Shown one piece after another: positions 58,101 to 64,000 of a stretch of 64,000 nucleotides of DNA. The translations under genes were made by a program, and so were the position numbers. Position 1 is the first letter of the stretch, and each line of letters starts with the position of its first letter. Below the pieces are notes generated by a model. That model saw only the letters and a list, made by a program, of their open reading frames with translations. It was not told the DNA's origin and searched no databases. Source of the DNA: a virus; IMG/VR virus record IMGVR_UViG_3300043446_003177, positions 1-64,000 of that record, one strand, 5' to 3'.

Positions 58101-58654
58101 CGACAACAGCAACTATTGAGTCTGCAATCGCAAGTGCTCCAAATGATTTTACGAATATTAATGTATCTGCTGGTGCAACATTAGCATCTCTAAATGTAAC
58201 TGGAGTTTCTACCTTTACTAGAGTTGGAGTTACTACATTAACTACTTCTCAACTAACTGTAAGTGGAATAGTAACTGCCCCTGTGGTTTCTATTTCAACT
58301 GTAGCAGGGTCTCAAACAGGAACTGGAACTACAATCGTAGCGTCTAATGGATCTATATCTTATATTAGTTTACCAACATCTGGAACTGCACATAGCATTA
58401 CGGTTTCTTCTGCAACTCCTGGTCAGAACTTGAAACTCTTTGTTCTCAATCCTACTACCGCAAAGACTGTTACTTTCTTTGTTGGTCCCGTTGGTGCTGC
58501 TGTTTCTATTCCTAATGCAGGTGTTTCTACATTCTCAGCTACAACAAACGGTGGAACTTGGGCAATTGGTGCGAAATATATGGTAGATATGATCTTCCTT
58601 GCAGGTCCATTGGGCGTAACCACGGCAACACATACATTCTTCACTCTTACTTGA
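55103..58654 (+). CDS. Tail fibre protein
   Basis: KNFIVKNGLEV N-terminus, W....GIHTL.NVGIG and F.GDGSGLTG repeats, YadA-like NVAIG/NIALG repeats. Confidence 0.75.
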   Translation: MSINKNFIVKNGLEVGTNVIVADESTKKVGVGTTPSSYKLEVFGGLGTKDLTVTGVSTLTTMNVVGVASFVNLRPQGISCIGVVTSAQFSTGYPGLATAIGITTDTISGPSELFIDPAPIGTDLGVLHIKGDLYVDGSYVSLSAGDLDVADKLIGISSNASPDDATTADQSGIKVYGTTDKTFVYNYASDSWLSDQNLDISVGKTYKINGVDVLSSNTLGSGVTISSLQDVGTLRNLNVQGYINAAGGIVGVLTGTSTGLSGTPDILVGLVTASTVYVGSASTLDSSGINVTGVVTASYFYGDATNLFNVPISSRWLINSAGIHTLANVGIGSTLPTSKLTVTGDSRITGVVTAQKFIGDGSGLTGVVGSGSGTIIQDDGVLVGTAGTINFGNNLIVSPISAGLVTVTAESSPWVFTSSGIHTLGNVGVGTTNPAALLDVFGNVSVGNSTTSNASITRKNTDSGLVLSGNGANIELYGSDHASFAGEAYYDALDHNFRNIDSSIVYASISTNTSYFNNTVLIGSATSTGTVDQDLQITGGAYVSGNLGIGTTNPNSKLSVFGSVDISGGTVTFGSTIFQGNSRLGWGVGSFNTTNLTFGINAGAATTNGTSNVAIGHSSLFLSQTGFGNVAIGNSAARGLTRGSGNIAVGHRALSAPFQVDLTGSGNIALGYLAGRDLSLGASGNVIIGSADPSLSSPTGFVLAPPLPTGNEQLVIGSYNGTWIHGNSSYNVGLGVTNPSYKLHVDGTVRGSLFIGDGSGLTGFNATGVGMEVRDDDILVGVATIINFGDNVNVTQISTGIITVTSPRSQWVNTNAGIHTLSSVGIGSTNPQSRLTVYGDARISDGLSVTGVTTITTVGADVATLKIKSDYTDAKIVIERDEIVDKAQIEFYSEELGVNDFTIGLSGDRVFNFLDENGSQLVGIDTTGNLKVAGIVTASGFVGDISGTNFNLSGISTLNTIQTNALKVSGITTTDFLNIAGTNVISSGRQLQNIVSLDATTTATIESAIASAPNDFTNINVSAGATLASLNVTGVSTFTRVGVTTLTTSQLTVSGIVTAPVVSISTVAGSQTGTGTTIVASNGSISYISLPTSGTAHSITVSSATPGQNLKLFVLNPTTAKTVTFFVGPVGAAVSIPNAGVSTFSATTNGGTWAIGAKYMVDMIFLAGPLGVTTATHTFFTLT

Positions 58655-58655
58655 G

Positions 58656-58711
58656 GACACTTTAAAAACTGTCACACCCTCCTTCCAGATCTGGGAGGAG
58701 GGTTTTATAAT
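58656..58711 (+). promoter_or_regulatory. Early-type promoter region: dyad, hairpin and -10 box
   Basis: GACAC-N8-CTGTC, GC-rich hairpin at 58677-58703, TATAAT at 58706. Confidence 0.6.
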
Positions 58712-58732
58712 GTATGGAGATACAAACTTCTG

Positions 58733-58834
58733 ATGTACTCAAACGTCGAAAGACTCGTTTTTGTTGGGAGTCTTCTTTTGTTAATGAATTGGGGGGTTCG
58801 TCTTACTCAGGTAATTATCAATGCTGTACTTTGA
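58733..58834 (+). CDS. Small hydrophobic peptide (33 aa); absent from the ORF track
   Basis: MYSNVERLVFVGSLLLLMNWGVRLTQVIINAVL; overlaps the next start. Confidence 0.5.
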   Translation: MYSNVERLVFVGSLLLLMNWGVRLTQVIINAVL

Positions 58835-59255
58835 TCATTCTGGTCGAGGATACTCAAAAAAACGTTGCGAAAATATCGTAGACTGGTTTTTTGATAAGTA
58901 CCTTCCTCGCCATAAAATTGACCTAACTATTGTTCATCGAGGTCTCAAAAGAGAAAATGTGTTTGGGTGGGCAAATATTGAGGATGATACTTATCGCCCT
59001 CGTTGTTTTTTGATCGAGATTCAAAGTAATCTCAATTCTCATGCATATTCCACAACTCTTTTGCATGAACTTTGGCATGTTTATCAGTGGGTTATGGGAG
59101 ATTTGAAAGAAAAAAGATTGAAAAGAATCTGGAAAGGTATCGATCATACCGAAACAGACTATCAAGATCAACCTTGGGAACAAGAAGCATCTTCTATGGA
59201 GCAAAAATTGTACCTAGAGTACTTGACGGATGTTTCAAAAGGGTATATACTTTAA
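58821..59255 (+). CDS. Putative zinc metallopeptidase (HEXXH)
   Basis: TLLHELWHVYQ...Y..QPWEQEA. Confidence 0.7.
   Translation: MLYFDHSGRGYSKKRCENIVDWFFDKYLPRHKIDLTIVHRGLKRENVFGWANIEDDTYRPRCFLIEIQSNLNSHAYSTTLLHELWHVYQWVMGDLKEKRLKRIWKGIDHTETDYQDQPWEQEASSMEQKLYLEYLTDVSKGYIL
59223..59251 (+). promoter_or_regulatory. Sigma70-like promoter
   Basis: TTGACG-17 nt-TATACT. Confidence 0.65.
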
Positions 59256-59334
59256 ACACTGACCAAGTTGGTCAGATAAACCCTTGAGATAAGGTATCTC
59301 GCATAAGGGTATTCTTAACCTTAATTTCACAGGA

Positions 59335-60477
59335 GTGAATAAAATGGCGATGAAAGATCGTACAGTGTACGATAACTATTCTTCTATGAAGAAAGGCGGG
59401 GTAGAAAGCCCTCGTCTAGCACATGCACCGATTACACGGGTGTATAGTCTAAAAGAACAAATCTTAGAGCAATCTAAATTGCTGCAAGAAAACCCAAATC
59501 ATGAAGTTGAACTTAAACTTTATGAGAGTGAAAATGCCGTTCAAGTTCTGAAGCAGCGTACAGTTGCCGACAGCGTAATTCTTGGAGAAGCACAACGTCA
59601 ATTTACAAAAAGTCACAGCAAGAAAATTGCAAAAAGCGTATTTGATGTCTCTGTTCGTGGAGTGTTTCAGTCTGTACAAGATAAAAATGGTTTGAACAAA
59701 TTGTTTGACCAGCAACATTCTTTGACTGGACTTCTTGATAATGTCGATGGAGACAAAAACTTTACTGTTCCTTTTGCAGTAACTGTTCTAAAAGATAGTT
59801 CTAAAGTATCTGCAACTGATATTTGTGCTTTTGGATATGACTGTGTTAATAACAAGTCTAAAAAAAGCAACCCAGTTGAAAATTTTTACATTGGTTTGAA
59901 CTCTGGAAATCCAAAGTGCATCAAAATCTATGAGCACCTGGATAACCTTGAGTTGGATGTGATGGAAAACAATTACAAAGTTTTTCCTGAGTGTCCTAAT
60001 CGTTTTTCTCTTGAAGGATTTGCCCTTTTCCAAGGAGTTTATGAGGGTAAAAACCTTGCTCCATGGGTTCGATACATGAAAAAGGCTGTGGGAATTCTGA
60101 GAACTTCCTACACTGATAGTGCATATGCAAAAGTAAATCCAACTAAGGCAAAGATTCTCAATATCTATGATATGAAGGGTGTTTCCTACCTCTTGTATCG
60201 TGTAAGCACTCTTGCTGATACCGTTAGTTTTGATCAAGAACACCTTGAGTATTCAATCAAATCTTATTGGAATCGACACCCTGAGATGTTGCAACTTGAT
60301 GGGGAGAAAATGAATCGTTTGAACACTCCTAAAGTTTCTGGACTTTGGGAAGAAAGTGTGGCTTATAACTATGTTTTGAGAGCATATAACCGATTTGCAG
60401 TTGAAAAATCAGTTCTTCCTCTTGATTTGAAGCAACTTTTCCCCAACGTCTGGCAAGTATATCACCCTGCGGGTTGA
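59335..60477 (+). CDS. Hypothetical protein, possibly a divergent ParB/DGQHR-like protein
   Basis: 380-aa ORF with CAGGAG RBS; AQR...FD...LFDQQH resembles the QR...DGQH pattern. Confidence 0.55.
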   Translation: MNKMAMKDRTVYDNYSSMKKGGVESPRLAHAPITRVYSLKEQILEQSKLLQENPNHEVELKLYESENAVQVLKQRTVADSVILGEAQRQFTKSHSKKIAKSVFDVSVRGVFQSVQDKNGLNKLFDQQHSLTGLLDNVDGDKNFTVPFAVTVLKDSSKVSATDICAFGYDCVNNKSKKSNPVENFYIGLNSGNPKCIKIYEHLDNLELDVMENNYKVFPECPNRFSLEGFALFQGVYEGKNLAPWVRYMKKAVGILRTSYTDSAYAKVNPTKAKILNIYDMKGVSYLLYRVSTLADTVSFDQEHLEYSIKSYWNRHPEMLQLDGEKMNRLNTPKVSGLWEESVAYNYVLRAYNRFAVEKSVLPLDLKQLFPNVWQVYHPAG

Positions 60478-60547
60478 TAGACACTTTCATAACCGTCACA
60501 TGGGGTCCTGTTGGACCCCTTTTTGTGTTATAATATTCCTATACGCG

Positions 60548-61783
60548 ATGAGACCTGTGTTCCAACTCCGACCTCACCAGCAACGCGCTCTGGACGCCCT
60601 TGCTAAGTATCTGCGTGGTCAAGTCATTATCCCCACTGGCGGCGGTAAGACCAACGTTGCTATCTTTGATGCAATTCGTGAGTTTCTGAAAGATATTCCT
60701 CAGACGATTGTTGTTGTTGCTCCTCGCATTCTGCTTGCTGAGCAACTGTCTTCTGAGTTTCTTGAGTTTATCACGAATGCTCAAGTGTTGCATGTCCACA
60801 GCGGTGAAACTCACCACTTCAGTACCACTCGTCCGAATGTAATTCGTGCTTGGTATGAGCAGGCCAAAGGTCACAAACTGATTTTCACCACCTACAACTC
60901 CCTGCAGCGTCTGCAACAGGCAGATATCCACGTCGATACCATTTACTTTGATGAGGCGCACAATTCTGTTCAGCGTCACTTTTTCCCTGCTACGGAGCAC
61001 TTCGCTTCTGCTGCTGACCGCTGCTATTTCTTCACTGCTACTCCTAAGCATTCTGCTACTATTTCCAAACCTGGGATGAATATGCCTGAGGTGTATGGTC
61101 AGGTTATTTGCAACGTTCCTGCTCCTGAACTGGTGGATGGTGGTTTCATTGTTCCCCCTAAGGTTGTTGTGCAGCAGTTTGAGATGCTGGGCAAGGGTCA
61201 GATTGTTGCCGATGTTGACTGCGAGAACTTGATTCAGACTATTGATGCTCAAGATGTGAGCAAGGTTCTGATCTGCTCTAAGGCAACCAAACAGATCCAG
61301 AGTCTCGTTTCTCAGACTGATTTCTGCAAGCAATTGGAGGATCGTGGTTTCTCTTGGATGTATATCACTTCCAAGACTGGTGCTGTGATCGATGGGCGCA
61401 AGGTGAACCGTGAGGTGTTTTTCGACACCCTGAGCGCCTGGGGCAAGGACAACGACAAGAAGTTCGTTGTGCTGCACCATAGCATCCTCTCCGAAGGCAT
61501 CAACGTGTCTGGTCTGGAGGCAGTGCTGTTCATGCGGTCCATGGATTACATCGGCATCTCTCAGACCATTGGGCGGGTCATTCGCCTGCACAAGGACGAC
61601 GCAGAGGCGCTCAGGAGCGGCAGGATCGCCCCTGGTGCCCTTGGAGACTACACTAAGGCATTTGGGTTGGTTTGCATCCCTGTCTACTCTGCTGTGGGCA
61701 TCAGCACCGCTAAGAAGGTGCAGGCAGTGGTGGATACCGTGTTCCAGCAGGGTCAACCTGCTATTTCTGTGGTGAAGCGATGA
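60548..61783 (+). CDS. Superfamily 2 DEAH helicase (type III restriction Res-like)
   Basis: LRPHQ Q-motif, PTGGGKT, DEAH, FTATP, LSEGINV, QTIGRVIR. Confidence 0.9.
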   Translation: MRPVFQLRPHQQRALDALAKYLRGQVIIPTGGGKTNVAIFDAIREFLKDIPQTIVVVAPRILLAEQLSSEFLEFITNAQVLHVHSGETHHFSTTRPNVIRAWYEQAKGHKLIFTTYNSLQRLQQADIHVDTIYFDEAHNSVQRHFFPATEHFASAADRCYFFTATPKHSATISKPGMNMPEVYGQVICNVPAPELVDGGFIVPPKVVVQQFEMLGKGQIVADVDCENLIQTIDAQDVSKVLICSKATKQIQSLVSQTDFCKQLEDRGFSWMYITSKTGAVIDGRKVNREVFFDTLSAWGKDNDKKFVVLHHSILSEGINVSGLEAVLFMRSMDYIGISQTIGRVIRLHKDDAEALRSGRIAPGALGDYTKAFGLVCIPVYSAVGISTAKKVQAVVDTVFQQGQPAISVVKR

Positions 61784-61953
61784 AAGAAGGGTTTATTACG
61801 ACCGATGGGTACGCAGCCGTCCCATGGGGAAAGAGACTGGTTATTATCTACAATGGAGAACAATTGTCTGATGTAAGTACAGTAAAACAAGCACACAAGT
61901 TTATAAAGGATCATCGATCCAATCCTCAAACTGGCACAGTTTTTGTTCCGTAA
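61780..61953 (+). CDS. Small hypothetical protein (57 aa)
   Basis: ATGA overlap; GYAAVPWG...IIYNGEQL. Confidence 0.6.
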   Translation: MKEGFITTDGYAAVPWGKRLVIIYNGEQLSDVSTVKQAHKFIKDHRSNPQTGTVFVP

Positions 61954-61976
61954 GCACCTTTTACCTTATAATACAT

Positions 61977-62189
61977 ATGTCTAAGGCATCCACCATGAAA
62001 ACCGAATTTGTTTGCGTCAAACCGAAGTCAAACAAAGCAAAAAATAGATTTGCAAATCAGATGAATGGACTTCATTCCTGTCGAGTGGAGCAAAAAAAAG
62101 ATGGAAAGTTGTTTCTAGCTTCGATTACTGGTCAATACTTTTTCTGGATTCCTGAGAGCGGAGATGAGCACTGGGAGATTGTGAAATGA
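61977..62189 (+). CDS. Hypothetical protein
   Basis: V.PKS.KAKNRFAN.M..LHSCRVEQ; TATAAT at 61967. Confidence 0.65.
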   Translation: MSKASTMKTEFVCVKPKSNKAKNRFANQMNGLHSCRVEQKKDGKLFLASITGQYFFWIPESGDEHWEIVK

Positions 62190-62401
62190 AAAAAGTTTTT
62201 ATTTTCCTTTCTGTAATTTCTTTTGCTGCTCCCTCTTTTGCAGAGGTTCGATTTAGGAATAAAGTTGTCTCCTTTAACGCAGATCGTGTTTGTGCAAATC
62301 TAATTGGAATTCCAAAAAATTCAAAGAATGTTTCGTATGAGGAATGGGAACAATTTCAATCTTGCATAAGGTATTTTGATCTGGTTGATGGTGTCTATTA
62401 A
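62186..62401 (+). CDS. Small secreted-type hypothetical protein
   Basis: Signal peptide MKKVFIFLSVISFAAPSFA, two Cys. Confidence 0.6.
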   Translation: MKKVFIFLSVISFAAPSFAEVRFRNKVVSFNADRVCANLIGIPKNSKNVSYEEWEQFQSCIRYFDLVDGVY

Positions 62402-62436
62402 AAGTCTATTAAATATTAATAGAATAGGAGAGGGCC

Positions 62437-62604
62437 ATGGTTGCTCTGTTTCTCACGACCACAATTACTTGCAGTCAAGCATTCAGCATTATTAACAAAA
62501 TCAAATCTAATGGTGCTTTACCAGAATACTTAAAAACTGAACTGATTGAAACGATTCGTGAAACTATTCCAACTTGTCCTGTGAAAGTTAAAAAAGATGG
62601 ATGA
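62437..62604 (+). CDS. Small protein (55 aa), paralog of the riboswitch-nested ORF; absent from the ORF track
   Basis: AGGAG RBS; MVALFLTTTITCSQAFSIINKIKSNG...TELIETIRETIPTCP. Confidence 0.65.
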   Translation: MVALFLTTTITCSQAFSIINKIKSNGALPEYLKTELIETIRETIPTCPVKVKKDG

Positions 62605-62767
62605 AGCGCCAGACGTTAAATGGAATCGCGGATTAGATTTGTTTATTGAAAGTGTGCATAAACCAGACCATGAACTGAGACAGTGTGCTCACAATCAAAA
62701 ATGTTATAATGAACTCATGGCGGTTAGAGATAATGTATTAGAATACCTTAAAACATTAAGAAAATGA
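62597..62767 (+). CDS. Small hypothetical protein (56 aa)
   Basis: WNRGLDLFIESVHKPD.ELRQCAHNQKCYNELM; overlaps both neighbours. Confidence 0.65.
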   Translation: MDEAPDVKWNRGLDLFIESVHKPDHELRQCAHNQKCYNELMAVRDNVLEYLKTLRK

Positions 62768-63003
62768 ACCCTTATACAATTTGGTTTATATTGTTTGCTT
62801 TTGCTGCATATTTCATCGCAACTGATGAAAGTGTTGCAAAGGCAGTTTTTTATGCTACCAAAATCATTCAAAATAAATTTGTAATCTTTCGTTGGTGGTT
62901 GGTTCATAATCCAGCAACACCATGGGCACGTTACTCCATGTGGAGACGCTCAAATAAACTTGCAAAAGAGTTGATGAAAGAGTTAGAATCAAGAAATAAA
63001 TAA
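62764..63003 (+). CDS. Small membrane hypothetical protein
   Basis: Hydrophobic N-terminus; ATGA overlap. Confidence 0.6.
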   Translation: MNPYTIWFILFAFAAYFIATDESVAKAVFYATKIIQNKFVIFRWWLVHNPATPWARYSMWRRSNKLAKELMKELESRNK

Positions 63004-63023
63004 TCATTATCACAATAATACAC

Positions 63024-63350
63024 ATGCTTTCTACACAATATCGACTCCGACTTGAGGCAATCTGTGAGAAAATTGTAAAGAGTGAGGAGGTGAGTTTGGA
63101 AGATATGATCTGGGCTGAAAAACTTGCAAAGGCAAATAGATCTGCAGCAACTATGCTGCGTCAAGCAAGAAGAAAAGCAGAAAACCCAGACATGAAAGAA
63201 GGAGATCTTGATGATTTTTTAAATCAACTTGATATTGGTGGTACTGGATTTGATCGTTTTGGTAAACGTGGTTTTGATAGCGTCGATGATATGGTAGACT
63301 GGTGGACAGAAGGAAAAGACAAACCTGATGACTGGAGACAACGTGACTGA
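63024..63350 (+). CDS. Conserved cyanophage hypothetical protein
   Basis: MLSTQYRLRLE.IC...DMIWAEKLAK.N...DWRQRD. Confidence 0.7.
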   Translation: MLSTQYRLRLEAICEKIVKSEEVSLEDMIWAEKLAKANRSAATMLRQARRKAENPDMKEGDLDDFLNQLDIGGTGFDRFGKRGFDSVDDMVDWWTEGKDKPDDWRQRD

Positions 63351-63714
63351 GAAAAAACTAAATGAGTTTGGTAAAGCAATGCAGGAGTGGTGGGATTCTG
63401 ATGCTTGCAAAGAACTTCAAAAAGCAAATAAAGAAGCACGAGAACGTGCTATTGGAAAGTACCATATGCTATCGGAAGAAGATAAGATTGATATGGTAGA
63501 AGCAATTACCCATATTATGTGTAAGGCAGAGAGTGAAGGTTGTTCTCATCGTGGTTTGCAACACGAACTCGGCATTTATCCTGGAGGTTTCTGGGTAGAT
63601 CATCTTATGGATGTTCATAATGCTCTCTGGTCTTATTATCATGATAAAAAGAGAGAGAAAGAATTGTGTGATGACCTAGATTCACTTGAAGAATTTTTGA
63701 ATAAAGAAGAGTGA
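63343..63714 (+). CDS. Hypothetical protein
   Basis: GTG start with GGAG RBS overlapping the upstream stop. Confidence 0.6.
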   Translation: MTEKKLNEFGKAMQEWWDSDACKELQKANKEARERAIGKYHMLSEEDKIDMVEAITHIMCKAESEGCSHRGLQHELGIYPGGFWVDHLMDVHNALWSYYHDKKREKELCDDLDSLEEFLNKEE

Positions 63715-63716
63715 GG

Positions 63717-63772
63717 GACAGAACACAAACTGTCCACTGATTCTTGACTTGCGTTGGTTTGGGATCTATAGT
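63717..63772 (+). promoter_or_regulatory. Early-type promoter with upstream dyad
   Basis: GACAG-N8-CTGTC, then TTGACT-17 nt-TATAGT. Confidence 0.7.
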
Positions 63773-63794
63773 AGGTTCATAGATCACAAGACAC

Positions 63795-64000
63795 ATGACC
63801 TACAAAGCAACTCTCAAAGTTCAGTTTGATACTGAGTTCGTCAATCAAACTTCTTATGGTGTATATGATGATGAAATTCTCCCCGAGGAGCATTATACCT
63901 TTGAGATTCCTGCTCAAGACCTCAATACCATTCAACTGTTCCGTTTCTTTGGAACTGTTGCCCGCACAATGGGACATAATGAAATTGGTATCATGAAGGG
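63795..64000 (+). CDS. Hypothetical protein, truncated by the window end
   Basis: MTYKATLKVQFDTEF...HYTFEIPAQDLN; open to the end of the window. Confidence 0.6.
   Translation, partial: MTYKATLKVQFDTEFVNQTSYGVYDDEILPEEHYTFEIPAQDLNTIQLFRFFGTVARTMGHNEIGIMK

Noticed and set aside
60539-61756. 405-aa antisense ORF opposite the helicase
   Set aside because: Explained by the helicase's codon bias (few TTA/CTA/TCA codons in register); no recognisable motifs.

Overview
The window is a 64-kb segment of an AT-rich T4-like cyanomyovirus genome. A cyanobacterial host is inferred from cp12, a glutamine-riboswitch/DUF4278 module and an NtcA-type box. In order it holds: (1) the 3' part of a giant, internally duplicated, Met/Cys-free repeat protein and a fibre/structural cluster with three Mtd_N-headed genes (1-12.7 kb); (2) a middle/replication block with glutaredoxin, speD, thyX, phoH, exonuclease, gp33, gp59 and gp32 (12.7-20.8 kb); (3) the baseplate/tail block with gp53, gp48, gp4, a gp54-like gene, gp26/gp51, two tape-measure-like proteins, cp12 and gp5 (20.8-39.8 kb); (4) four tRNAs, then an intact metK-ahcY pair and a Mom-like GNAT gene (40-44.2 kb); (5) three very large virion proteins (44.3-58.7 kb); (6) small early-type genes and an SF2 helicase behind sigma70-like promoters (58.7-64 kb). 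The most notable non-obvious signals are: a tandem glutamine-riboswitch-like leader whose first aptamer stem encloses a whole 68-codon ORF, preceded by an NtcA box and followed by a Gln-rich DUF4278 peptide; a phage-borne SAM supply/recycling set (metK, ahcY, speD); a T TTT TTC -1 slippery site that would fuse gp26 to gp51, like lambda G/GT tail chaperones; and a fixed-spacing dyad motif at early promoters. All family assignments come from recognising motifs by eye, with no database search.
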